DNA from: Planctomycetota bacterium
GTDB taxonomy: Bacteria; Planctomycetota; UBA11346
NCBI GenBank assembly: GCA_038203025.1
Contig: JBBREK010000003.1
Location: 1 to 48,962 of the forward strand
Length of the DNA stretch: 48,962 nucleotides
Direction of reading: 5' to 3'
Shown: positions 9,246 to 18,293 of the stretch, one piece after another
Layout of the letters: each line of letters begins with the position of its first letter
Numbering within the stretch: the first letter of the stretch is position 1
Notes under the pieces: generated by a model
Database searches by the model: none
Told to the model about the DNA's origin: nothing
The model's input: only the letters and a program-made list of their open reading frames with translations
Made by a program: the position numbers and the translations under genes

Positions 9246-11273
9246 TCAGAAGGCGAAGCCGACCGTCAGATTGAGCACCCAGCGCCGCGCGCTGCCGAAG
9301 GTCTCCCCTGGTGGATAGGCAGCATCGAAGCGGATCGGACCAACTGGCGTGCGATAACGCAACCCGGCCCCGACGCCCTCGCCCCACGGTTCGCCGAGCC
9401 GCCACGGCGAGCGGTCTACCGAGCCGACATCGTAAAACGTGGCCACCTCGATCTCGCGATGCTCGGGCAGCAGGCGCCAGCGCAGCTCCAGGTTGACCAC
9501 GGCACTGGTCAGGCCGCCGCGCGACGCACCGCCATCCGAACGCGGACCGAGTTCGTCCTGGGCGAACGAGCGCACCGTATTGCTGCCACCCAGGAACAAT
9601 CGCTCGCCAATGGGCAAGTCCTCGACAACGCCCGGTTTCCTGGTCGTGCCCAGGCCACGCGCGGTGCAGACCAGCCAATCGGCCGGCGACCAGGCCCCAC
9701 TCCATTCCCCGCTGAATTCGGCGTAGTCGATGGTTGCGCCGAGTGGGATCGCGCTCCACGCCATGCCGACGCGGGTGCGCGTGCCATCCTCGGGATCGAA
9801 GGTCCGCGGGGCCCGGGTGTCGCGGCTCAATTCCGCACTGAGCGTGCTGGTGGTATACAGGAGCTCGGTGTCCTCGTTGCCCTCGGTGGCCTCGATGCGG
9901 TAGTTCTGGGAACGCGAGAAACGGTAGCCGAGACGATGCTCCCACGCCGCCGGATCGATGGCCGGCCGGAAGCGCTGTGCATAGGTCAACCCGGCCGACG
10001 CCTCGCGGGTGGCATACGACGGCTCTTGCCGTTGCTGCAGGACGACATCCAAACCGATGCGCCGGCCCGGCCCGAGTATGAACGGATCGACCAGCGCACT
10101 GTTCCAGGCCCAGCCGACGGTGCTGACGTCGACGCCGGTCGACGCCTGCAGCCCCCTGCCGAGGGCGTGGTCATCGGCATAGGCCACGCCGCCCCGCCAA
10201 CGTTCATAGGTACCGTAGCCGACGGAGATATCGACGTGCTGGGCGGGTAGCTCCTGCAACCGCACCTCGACGTCATCCGGCACCGTGCCATCCGCCTGCG
10301 CCGTGCCTGCAGTGGGTACGACCTCGGCCCGGCGGTACAGGCCTGTACTCAACAGCGAACTGATCGACCTGTCCATGTCCTGCTGGGCCAGCGGCAGATC
10401 CGGCAGCAATCCCACCAGGCGGTCATGCACGAAGGACGGGGCACTACGTCGGCCGCCACGCACCGCGATGGTCCGCAGCATGTGCACGGGACCAGGCTGC
10501 ACGGCATAGCGCAGATGCAGCTCCCCCGGTTCCGTGCCTGGCTGCCGGTGGATCTCCACCGTTGCGTCGAGGTGGCCACGGTCGAGCAGCAGGCCGCGCA
10601 GCCTAACCGCGGTGACGGCCGGGGTGCGCGGTTGGCAGATCGTTCCTGGGGGATCGAGCAGTGCCGCCAGTCCTGGCTCCAGATCCTTCCAGCGTCCGGC
10701 CGGATCCCCATCTGGGACCAGCTCCAGCTCGGACCGGCTGATGCGAAAGCACGGTCCAGCCTGCACCTTGTAGTGCAGATCGACGCGGGTGCGCCTGGAG
10801 TTCCAGGTGATCACCGGTGCTGCGACCGTGGCCTGCAGGTGTCCGGCGGTCCGCAGCGCGCGGAGCATAGCGGAACGGCCCGTCGCCGCCGTTCCGCTAG
10901 TGTACCACGGACCGAGTGCGGCGTCAGCGATCAGCGCCGCCTCGGCAAGACCCAGGTCGCCGCCGCAAGTGACGTCACCGAGACTGACGCGCGGACCGGC
11001 GACGATGCGGAAGGTCGGCGGGTGACCAGGAAGCGGTGTGACATCGGCATCCGGGTACCCCTCCCGGTCGTACCTGGCACGCATGGCTTCTGCAGCATCG
11101 ATCAGATCGGTCTGCTGCCCATCCTGCCCGGCGTAGGCGTTGAGCGGGCGTCTTGCCTCGATCAGCAGAGCCTTTTCGGGCACCTCGGATTCGCCCTCAA
11201 TGCGGGCGTTCGGGGTGCAACCGACGCCTAGCCAGACGAGCAGCGCCAGGACCGCGAGTCGCAGCGGCGTCAT
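9246..11273 (-). CDS. Omp85-family outer-membrane protein (TamA/BamA-like, POTRA repeats plus beta-barrel)
   Basis: Part of ORF 9246..11441. The start is placed at ATG 11273 (MTPLRLAVLALLVWLGVGC signal or lipobox-like), which overlaps the upstream gene's stop (ATGA). The C-terminal barrel ends in ...NLTVGFAF, an aromatic terminus typical of OMPs. Adjacent to a TamB-like gene. Confidence 0.75.
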   Translation of the reverse strand: MTPLRLAVLALLVWLGVGCTPNARIEGESEVPEKALLIEARRPLNAYAGQDGQQTDLIDAAEAMRARYDREGYPDADVTPLPGHPPTFRIVAGPRVSLGDVTCGGDLGLAEAALIADAALGPWYTSGTAATGRSAMLRALRTAGHLQATVAAPVITWNSRRTRVDLHYKVQAGPCFRISRSELELVPDGDPAGRWKDLEPGLAALLDPPGTICQPRTPAVTAVRLRGLLLDRGHLDATVEIHRQPGTEPGELHLRYAVQPGPVHMLRTIAVRGGRRSAPSFVHDRLVGLLPDLPLAQQDMDRSISSLLSTGLYRRAEVVPTAGTAQADGTVPDDVEVRLQELPAQHVDISVGYGTYERWRGGVAYADDHALGRGLQASTGVDVSTVGWAWNSALVDPFILGPGRRIGLDVVLQQRQEPSYATREASAGLTYAQRFRPAIDPAAWEHRLGYRFSRSQNYRIEATEGNEDTELLYTTSTLSAELSRDTRAPRTFDPEDGTRTRVGMAWSAIPLGATIDYAEFSGEWSGAWSPADWLVCTARGLGTTRKPGVVEDLPIGERLFLGGSNTVRSFAQDELGPRSDGGASRGGLTSAVVNLELRWRLLPEHREIEVATFYDVGSVDRSPWRLGEPWGEGVGAGLRYRTPVGPIRFDAAYPPGETFGSARRWVLNLTVGFAF

Positions 11274-13882
11274 GGCGGATCCTCGCCGCCCCAATAGAAG
11301 CGGAAGAGGATGCCGGCGTTGTACTGGTCGTAGCGGTCGCGCTCGCCAAAGAGAAGCACCGCCTGGGTCGAACCAGGCTCGGTCAGCTCGACTTCGGTTT
11401 CGATGGTGTCGCGCCCCTGCGTGGTGAGCTCGCGACCCCACTCGACCGTGACCCGCTCGGTCAGGGAGGGTGCGCCGTCCGGGTCGGCATCGGCATCCCA
11501 GGTACGCCAGGCCTCCTGACCGAGCCAGGCGCCGACCCGGCCGAGGGCAGCCTTCTGCCCGTTGGGGTCCTGCAGTTCACGCGGAGTGCTGCCGGTGGTG
11601 AGCAGCAGCATGGCCTCCTGCTCGTCCAGGCCGCTGCCAGTGACGTTGACCGTCGGATGCGCCAGCGGACCGCTCACCCGCACCTGGACATCGTACTGCC
11701 GGACCCTGGCGCCAGCGCTGACGGCGAGCTGCGGCTGGAACGGGTTGTCGGTCGGGAAGATCAGCTCGCCATGGCTCACCCGCAGGGTGCTGAACGGCAG
11801 GGTCGCGACAGCTTTGCGCAAGGCGACGCGCCCTCTAGGGGCAGGTGCCGCACCGGTGCCGCCAAGCCGCAGATCGAGGTCGCACATACCGCGGCCCCAG
11901 CGCGTCACCACCCTGACACCGGCATCCGGGTCGCTATCGGACACCACGCGGGATCCGATCCGAACATCGAAGCGCATCTGCGACCATGGCGGATCGGGCA
12001 GCTCGAAGAGCAGGAGACGTTCCTCCACCAGTCCGTCCGCGCCCTCGCCGCCGGAGAGCTGCAGCTCGGGGGTGAACAGCGCGTTCCCGACGACGACCGA
12101 GCCGCTGAGTTGCGGCCGGGCCAAGTCGCCCTCCAGGCGCAGGTCGAGGTCGGCCCGCACCCGTGCGTCGGGTCGCTGCAGCAGCAGCAGGTTGTCGCCC
12201 CGGCACGACAGCGACACCTGCCGAGCGCCATCGACGTCGGTGACCCGGCCTGAGATCTCGACCGCCGCCCCGCCGAGTTCGCCAATCAGACTGTCGATAG
12301 ATAGAATCCCCGGGCTCAGGGTCAACCGCGCCCGTCCGGCGGCGAAGACCGGAACGTCCGGGGAGAATTTCACTTCCAGCCGATCCGCCTGCAGGCTGCC
12401 CGACCAGGTCGGCGCTTCAATCCGCCCGCCAATGCTAACCAGTCCTGAGACATCCCCGGTCAGATGGCGTACGACATCTGCACCAGGCAGCTTGGCGACA
12501 TGCAGACGGTCCAGCCGGACCTCACCCGCAATCGTCCCGTCCTCCAAGCGGCGTGCCGCCACCGCGACGGTCCCGTCAGCCACCCGGATCGGCCGCGCCA
12601 GGAGCCGCACCGTATCGGCCGGCGAACGTGCGACAGGTGCCGGCGAGGCCTCGCCGAGCGAAAACGCAAGTCCGGCCCAGGTCGCCTCCAGCGCGTGCAG
12701 GGTGATGTCGCCATCCGCCATTCGCGCCTCCAGTCGTAGCGGCGCGCAGGTCTGCCCGGCCAGCACGAGGTTCTGGCCGGTGACGGCAAGTGAGAGATCG
12801 GCATCACGCCAATGGTGCGGATCGAGCGGCAGGTGTCCGCTCAGCGACGCTTGCACCAGTCCAACCAGCGCTGGCATGCCGGGAAGGCTTCGCCGCATGG
12901 CCGGCAGGTCGGCAGCGAACTCCGCCACGAGGTCGTCGCAACGCCAGGGATCGGGCCGGATGGTAGCCGACGCCTGCATCGACACGCCGGCGCCGGACAC
13001 GCGCAGCGAGCGCATGGCCCAGCCGTCGTCGGTCCGATCGAGGACGGCGTCGACTGGCAGCGGACCGGACGCGGCCGGCAGGCCGAGGACCAGGGCTATA
13101 TCCACCCCCTGCAGGCTCAGATTGGTGGCGGTTGGGGAAATCTGCACCCGCCAGGAACCCCCGCCCAGACTGCCTGAAGCTGCAAGCCCCAGCGCAGCCG
13201 GATCCACGGTCAGCTCAAGCTGCTCCCAGCGCAGCGCTGCGTGCAGGCCGGGCACGGCGAGCAGCACGGGGTCCTCCAGCCGAAGGGTGTCCGGTGCGGT
13301 CCGCACCAGGACGATCCGGGGTAGCCGCATTGAACGGTCGCCCAACGCGATGCGAGTCACCTCCAGCTCTAGCCGGTCCCCATGCACCGCCAGGACGACC
13401 CCATCCAATTGCAGCACCTCGTCTGCGAGGTGGAGGACGACTTGTCCGTCGACCTGCAGCTCGGGTAGCACTGCTGGCAGGGTCGGCAACGATCCGGCCT
13501 GGCCCGCTTCCGCTGACTCGCCAGATGCGTCTCCGAGCTGAGCTTCGACACGCAGGCCCGCGATCGACACCCGTCGCAAGGCGGTGACGTCACCACGCAG
13601 CAGACGGAGTCCGTACAGGGCCTCGATCCGCTGCGCGGTCAGGCTCCACCGCTCGGCCGCGATGGACACGTCGGAGAAGCGCGCATCGCCAAACCAACCG
13701 CCGGAGGCTGCGCCGATCGAGGCCTGCCCACCAACGGCGTCCCCGATCGCATTGGCTACGACCCGGGCGACGATCGGTCCGAGCAGAAGACTACGCACCA
13801 GCCACAGTCCGAGCAGGACCAACAGCACCAGCGCCAGGGCGAACCATCGGCGTCTGCGCTGGGATTTCGGTGCTGGCGGCAT
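11270..13882 (-). CDS. Translocation and assembly module TamB-like protein (DUF490-type)
   Basis: 870 aa with an N-terminal anchor (RRRRWFALALVLLVLLGLWLV), a long beta-rich body, and a C-terminal ...LFGERDRYDQYNAGILFRFYWG resembling the TamB C-terminal domain. Translationally coupled to the Omp85 gene. Confidence 0.65.
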   Translation of the reverse strand: MPPAPKSQRRRRWFALALVLLVLLGLWLVRSLLLGPIVARVVANAIGDAVGGQASIGAASGGWFGDARFSDVSIAAERWSLTAQRIEALYGLRLLRGDVTALRRVSIAGLRVEAQLGDASGESAEAGQAGSLPTLPAVLPELQVDGQVVLHLADEVLQLDGVVLAVHGDRLELEVTRIALGDRSMRLPRIVLVRTAPDTLRLEDPVLLAVPGLHAALRWEQLELTVDPAALGLAASGSLGGGSWRVQISPTATNLSLQGVDIALVLGLPAASGPLPVDAVLDRTDDGWAMRSLRVSGAGVSMQASATIRPDPWRCDDLVAEFAADLPAMRRSLPGMPALVGLVQASLSGHLPLDPHHWRDADLSLAVTGQNLVLAGQTCAPLRLEARMADGDITLHALEATWAGLAFSLGEASPAPVARSPADTVRLLARPIRVADGTVAVAARRLEDGTIAGEVRLDRLHVAKLPGADVVRHLTGDVSGLVSIGGRIEAPTWSGSLQADRLEVKFSPDVPVFAAGRARLTLSPGILSIDSLIGELGGAAVEISGRVTDVDGARQVSLSCRGDNLLLLQRPDARVRADLDLRLEGDLARPQLSGSVVVGNALFTPELQLSGGEGADGLVEERLLLFELPDPPWSQMRFDVRIGSRVVSDSDPDAGVRVVTRWGRGMCDLDLRLGGTGAAPAPRGRVALRKAVATLPFSTLRVSHGELIFPTDNPFQPQLAVSAGARVRQYDVQVRVSGPLAHPTVNVTGSGLDEQEAMLLLTTGSTPRELQDPNGQKAALGRVGAWLGQEAWRTWDADADPDGAPSLTERVTVEWGRELTTQGRDTIETEVELTEPGSTQAVLLFGERDRYDQYNAGILFRFYWGGEDPP

Positions 13883-14002
13883 CTCTACACGATGATGGTC
13901 AGCCAGGGGGATGACGCCACCGACGAACCGGACAAGGCTCAGAGCGTGGCGAATATCTCAGCTAGCGTGGTAAGTCAGAAATCATGGCCATATCTTCATC
14001 AA

Positions 14003-14092
14003 GGCGGAAGTAGGAAGGCGGAAGGAATGCCCGCAGGCGTTGGATACGGCGTGCGCAGCGCGCAGCGATTCTTCCGCCTTCCTACTTCTGCC
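14003..14092. repeat. Long hairpin with purine-rich and pyrimidine-rich arms, downstream of perM
   Basis: The left arm is GGCGGAAGTAGGAAGGCGGAAGGAAT (14003-14028). The right arm is ATTCTTCCGCCTTCCTACTTCTGCC (14068-14092). They give about 25 bp of pairing with one mismatch and one bulge, around a 39-nt core. Confidence 0.8.
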
Positions 14093-14102
14093 TTTCGAAT
14101 AC

Positions 14103-15410
14103 TCAGGTCTCTGCCCCAGCCCAGGTGCGCAGCCGTGGCATGATCTCGACCACCAAGACGATCTTCAGGCAGGCCGCCACCGGCACGGCCAGCAGCATGC
14201 CGTAGAGTCCCGCCAGGCTGCCGCCTGCCAGGACCGCCAACATGATCAGCACCGGATGCAGATCGGTGGCCTTGCCCTGGATGAGCGGGTTGAGCACGTA
14301 GTCCTCAAGGATCTGCGCGATGAAGTTGACGGCCAGAGGCAGCACCAGCACCAGCCACCACGTGATCGTGGTACCGCCATCGGGCAGCTTGGTGACGTAC
14401 CAGCCGCCCTGACCGGGATCAGCCATCAGGCTGAGGGTCAACAGCAGCCAGGCCACTGGCAGGCCGGCCGCCGCGAGGTAGGGGACGATGCTGCAGGCCC
14501 CGACCACCAAGCCGAGGACCAATCCATACGGCACCCCGACGATGGTCCAGCCAACGGCGTAGATAACGCCGACGAGCGCGGCGACGGTGAAGCGGCCACG
14601 CATGAAGGAACTGACCGTCGAGTCCATGCGTGTGACCAGGGGCAGGACGCGCTCGCGGGCGCGGTTGGGTATAAGCGAGCAGCCCAGTTCCTGCAGCTCG
14701 GGCCAGCGCAACATGCACGAGACGGCGGTGAACAAGGCGATGACGATGAACAGTCCGACTGAAAAGGTGGTACCGAACACTGCTGCCGCCCCGGTCCATA
14801 GCGCGCCCGCTGCAGCCTTCACCCGCGCGACCAGATCGCTGGACTTGGCCGGCGACCCCGAGCGGGCCAGTTCCTCGCGGACCAGCTGGCGCACACGTTC
14901 TTCGTCGAGTCCGCCGGACGCCGCCGGTGGCGGATCGGCGGGCGGAGAGGCGCTGAGCTTCTCCGCTGGGCCGCTTAGACCCAGGCCAGACAATAGACCA
15001 CTCAACTCGGCGGCACGCTTGCGCAGCCACGCCGGACTGTCCGGAGATGCGATCCAGGTCTGCGCGCTGGCGAGGTAGCGTCCGCTGTTTCCGGCCAGGT
15101 TCACCGCCTGGTGGACCAGCGGCGGAATCACCAGCACCAGCAGCAGCACCCCGGCGACGAATACTGAGGCGGCCAACGCCAGCACGGCGCGCGGGCGCGT
15201 CATGCCCTTGAACCGCCGGCACAGCAGGGCGATGGCCGGCTCGAACAGATAGGCCAGGGCCAGGCCGAAGAGCAGCGGGGCGGTGATGAAGCTGAGTCGC
15301 GCCCCAAGCCAGAGCACAGCGAGGATGCCGACGATCACACAGACATCGCGCAGGGCCTGGAACTCCCAGATGCGCCGTTGGTGCAGCGGTGGTTCGGGCT
15401 CGTCGTTCAT
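14103..15410 (-). CDS. AI-2E family (PerM/YhhT-like) transporter
   Basis: Polytopic membrane protein from ORF 14103..15455. ATG 15410 (MNDEPEPPLHQRR...) overlaps the pfk stop codon as ATGA. There is a central hydrophilic Pro/Ala-rich loop, and the C-terminal half is typical of the AI-2E/UPF0118 family. Confidence 0.7.
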   Translation of the reverse strand: MNDEPEPPLHQRRIWEFQALRDVCVIVGILAVLWLGARLSFITAPLLFGLALAYLFEPAIALLCRRFKGMTRPRAVLALAASVFVAGVLLLVLVIPPLVHQAVNLAGNSGRYLASAQTWIASPDSPAWLRKRAAELSGLLSGLGLSGPAEKLSASPPADPPPAASGGLDEERVRQLVREELARSGSPAKSSDLVARVKAAAGALWTGAAAVFGTTFSVGLFIVIALFTAVSCMLRWPELQELGCSLIPNRARERVLPLVTRMDSTVSSFMRGRFTVAALVGVIYAVGWTIVGVPYGLVLGLVVGACSIVPYLAAAGLPVAWLLLTLSLMADPGQGGWYVTKLPDGGTTITWWLVLVLPLAVNFIAQILEDYVLNPLIQGKATDLHPVLIMLAVLAGGSLAGLYGMLLAVPVAACLKIVLVVEIMPRLRTWAGAET

Positions 15411-16702
15411 CCGGTCAGCGGTCCCTGGCCGGTCGTCTCCAGGACGGTACGCCACAGTTCGCCAGTCGGTTCGACCTGCTTGCGGCCCTGCACCGCGATC
15501 GGGATTGGCACCTGTGTAAGCTGGCCGTTCCAGCTGCCAACGATCATGTCGGTGCGGCCGCTCATCGCGGCATGCACGGCAGCGTGTCCCAGTTCGGTGC
15601 AGAACACCTGGTCGGCTGCGTTGGCCGGCGCGGCACGGATGATGTAGCTGGGATCGATGTACTTGATCGCGCAGTCCACACCTACGTCCCTCAGGTGGGC
15701 GCCGATGCGTTCCTTGAGAAACAGGCCGATATCCTGGTGCAGCTTGTTGCCCGAAGCGTCGTGCTTGTCGTCGGCCCGCGGCATCAGTTCCTGGCCGGCG
15801 CCTTCGGCGACGACGATGACGGCGTGGCCGCGCTTGGGCAGGCGACGTTCGAGATTGGCGAGCAGACCGCCCCCACCATCAAGGGCGAACGGCACCTCTG
15901 GCACCAGGCAGAAGTTGACGTCGGCGGCGGCGATCGAGGCGGCGGCGGCGATGAAGCCGGAATCGCGGCCCATCAGCTTGACCAGGCCGATGCCGTTGAT
16001 CGCGCTTTCGGCCTCGGTGTTGGCGGCGGTGATGGCGTCGCGGGCGATGCCCACCGCAGTTTCGAAGCCGAAGGTCTTCTGCACCCAGCTGATGTCGTTG
16101 TCGATGGTCTTGGGCACGCCGATCACGCCGATGTGCAGGCCGCGCTTGGCGATCTCCTCGTGGATGGCGTGCGAGCCACGCTGGGTGCCGTCGCCACCGA
16201 TGCAGAACAGCATGTCGATGGAGTAGGCCTGCAACGTGTCGACGATGGCCCGCACATCGGGCTGGATGCGGGCGCTGCCCAGCACCGAACCGCCGGTACG
16301 CGCGATCGCCTTCATGTGGTCGCGCACCAGCGGCCGGATCCCGGCGCTGCGCTCGGGCATCAGGCCGGCGTAGCCGTTGGGGATGCCAAGGATGCGGCCG
16401 ACCCCGTAATGGTGGTGCAGGCTCATGAACACGGCGCTGATCACCGCGTTAAGGCCGGGACACAGCCCACCGCTGGTGAGGATGGCAGCGGTGGTTGCTG
16501 GCGGATCAAAGGCTATCAATTCGCGCGGACCGGCGCGCTCGAAGGCACAGGTGCGATCGCCGTCTGGGGAGACATCGACCAGCACCCGCGCGTCGTCGCG
16601 GGTATAGACGATGCTTGGCCCCTGGCCGCGACCGGCGTGGCGGTGGGTCGTCGCCAGAGTCGCTGGTCGGACGCGCTGCACGGAAAAGCCGGCGGGATCC
16701 AT
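15407..16702 (-). CDS. pfk: 6-phosphofructokinase (phosphoryl donor not assignable from sequence)
   Basis: PFK motifs are present: TSGGLCPGLNAVI, FCIGGDGTQRG, GVPKTIDNDI, MGRDSGFIA. Confidence 0.85.
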   Translation of the reverse strand: MDPAGFSVQRVRPATLATTHRHAGRGQGPSIVYTRDDARVLVDVSPDGDRTCAFERAGPRELIAFDPPATTAAILTSGGLCPGLNAVISAVFMSLHHHYGVGRILGIPNGYAGLMPERSAGIRPLVRDHMKAIARTGGSVLGSARIQPDVRAIVDTLQAYSIDMLFCIGGDGTQRGSHAIHEEIAKRGLHIGVIGVPKTIDNDISWVQKTFGFETAVGIARDAITAANTEAESAINGIGLVKLMGRDSGFIAAAASIAAADVNFCLVPEVPFALDGGGGLLANLERRLPKRGHAVIVVAEGAGQELMPRADDKHDASGNKLHQDIGLFLKERIGAHLRDVGVDCAIKYIDPSYIIRAAPANAADQVFCTELGHAAVHAAMSGRTDMIVGSWNGQLTQVPIPIAVQGRKQVEPTGELWRTVLETTGQGPLTG

Positions 16703-16705
16703 GGT

Positions 16706-17608
16706 TCAGTCCTTCTTTTTTTTGCTGCCCTTCTCCGCATCCAGCATCTTGCGTGCAATCTCCAACTGCGACTTCTGCTCCGTCGACACGGTCGGATAGG
16801 CAAGGTCAAGCGACTCCAGCGTCTCGATGATCGCCGAGGCGACGACCAGGCGGCTGAACCACTTATGGTCGGCCGGCACCACGAACCACGGGTTCTCCTT
16901 GGTCGAGGTCGCGGCGATGAGGTCCTGGTAGGCATCCTGGTAGGCGTCCCAGTGCTGGCGCTCGGCGACGTCGCTGGAGCTGAACTTCCAGTTGCGATCG
17001 GGATCGTCGAGCCGCTTCATGAAGCGCTGCTTCTGCTCGTCCTTGGACACGTTGAGGAAGAACTTACGCACGATGGTGCCGTTACGCGCCAGGTGCTGCT
17101 CGAAGTCGACGATCGACTCATAGCGATGATCCCACACATGCTTACCGGTCAGGCTCTCGGGCATGCTCTGCTTGCTGAGAAATTCGGGATGCACCTTCAC
17201 CACCAGCACCTCCTCATAGTAGCTGCGGTTAAAGATGCCGATGCGACCGCGTTCGGGCAGGCACCTGGTGGTGCGCCAGAGGAAGTCATGATCGAGTTCC
17301 TCGGCCGACGGGCCCTTGAAGGAGTAGACTTGGCAGCCCTGCGGGTTCACCCCGGACATGACGTGCTTGATGGTGCCGTCCTTGCCGGCCGCATCCATCG
17401 CCTGGAAGATCAGCAACAGCGACCAGCGGTTGTCGGCATAGAACTTGTCCTGCAGCTGGGCCAGGCGCTCGACGCCTTCGGCCAACTGAGCCTCGGCCTG
17501 ATCCTTTTCGTCGAAACCATTGGTGTCGGACGGATCCCAGTCCTTGAGCTTGAAGCCCTTGCCCTTGGTGATGCGGAAGCGGTCAGCGAGGACGTCGGTC
17601 TTGGACAT
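16706..17608 (-). CDS. ppk2: Polyphosphate kinase 2 family protein
   Basis: The start is placed at ATG 17608 (MSKTDVLADRFRITKGKGFKLKDWDP...). PPK2 hallmarks are present: FQAMDAAGKDGTIKHV (Walker A-like), FNRSYYEEVLVVKVHPE, WDAYQDAYQD. The upstream part of ORF 16706..17884 has no PPK2 similarity. Confidence 0.85.
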   Translation of the reverse strand: MSKTDVLADRFRITKGKGFKLKDWDPSDTNGFDEKDQAEAQLAEGVERLAQLQDKFYADNRWSLLLIFQAMDAAGKDGTIKHVMSGVNPQGCQVYSFKGPSAEELDHDFLWRTTRCLPERGRIGIFNRSYYEEVLVVKVHPEFLSKQSMPESLTGKHVWDHRYESIVDFEQHLARNGTIVRKFFLNVSKDEQKQRFMKRLDDPDRNWKFSSSDVAERQHWDAYQDAYQDLIAATSTKENPWFVVPADHKWFSRLVVASAIIETLESLDLAYPTVSTEQKSQLEIARKMLDAEKGSKKKKD

Positions 17609-17662
17609 GGCGGCACCTTCGCTGACCGCACCTGTGGGGCAAGCCGACCAGCTCATCGCTTG

Positions 17663-17680
17663 ACTGAACGTTCGTTCAGT
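17663..17680. promoter_or_regulatory. Candidate TetR operator palindrome
   Basis: ACTGAACG-TT-CGTTCAGT is a perfect 8-bp inverted repeat with a 2-nt spacer. It lies 14 nt upstream of the tetR ATG (17694), in the divergent ppk2/tetR spacer. Confidence 0.5.
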
Positions 17681-17693
17681 TATTCTGTCAGCT

Positions 17694-18293
17694 ATGGCTA
17701 GACCTCCAGTCTGTCGTGACCGCATCCTCGACGCCGCCGAGGAGTTGTTCATCGCCCGCGGCTTCACCGGCGTCTCCATCGCTGACATCGCTAACACCGC
17801 CAGCGTGGGCAAGAGTCTGGTCATGCACCACGGCGGTTCCAAGGCGGCACTGTGGGAAGCGGTCAAGCAGCGGCGCTTCGCCACCTATGCCGAAGGCCAG
17901 CTGGCCATACTGCAAGAACGCCAGCCGACCGCCGCGCTGCTGGTCGAGTCGCTACGCGCCTACTTCGCCTGGCTGCAGGCCAACCCGGGCTTCCTCCGTC
18001 TGATGGCCTGGCGCGACCTGGAGGTCGGCACCGAGCTCAGCGGCCCGGAGGCCGCCCTCCTCGACCTGGCGAGGCAGCGCATGCGCGAGGCCCACGACGC
18101 CGGCTGGTTCGCGCGCGAGATCAATCCCGACCTCGCCCTGTTCGCCATCTTCGCCATGCTGGAAGCCTGGTTCCTGAGCGGCAAGCGCGCCAGCTTCCAC
18201 GGCCGCTCCGATACCACCGCCGACCACGCCTATCTCGACAACGTCATGGCGCTGCTGCGCCACGGGCTGATCGCCCGACCGGAGCCGCTATGA
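17694..18293 (+). CDS. TetR/AcrR-family transcriptional repressor
   Basis: N-terminal HTH: RILDAAEELFIARGFTGVSIADIANTASVGKSLVMHHGGSKAALW. The stop overlaps the start of the downstream efflux adaptor gene (ATGA). Confidence 0.85.
   Translation: MARPPVCRDRILDAAEELFIARGFTGVSIADIANTASVGKSLVMHHGGSKAALWEAVKQRRFATYAEGQLAILQERQPTAALLVESLRAYFAWLQANPGFLRLMAWRDLEVGTELSGPEAALLDLARQRMREAHDAGWFAREINPDLALFAIFAMLEAWFLSGKRASFHGRSDTTADHAYLDNVMALLRHGLIARPEPL

Noticed and set aside
11153-13541. Plus-strand ORFs (366 aa and 659 aa) across tamB
   Set aside because: They are antisense to the TamB-like gene. Their Ser/Arg/Pro-rich composition is characteristic of an off-frame reading of GC-rich coding DNA.
13892-14143. 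83-aa plus-strand ORF in the tamB-perM spacer
   Set aside because: It runs straight through both arms of the 14003-14092 hairpin. There is no RBS and the codon pattern is poor.
15389-17701. 770-aa plus-strand ORF
   Set aside because: It is antisense to pfk and ppk2, both of which have strong motifs. It has no recognisable domains.
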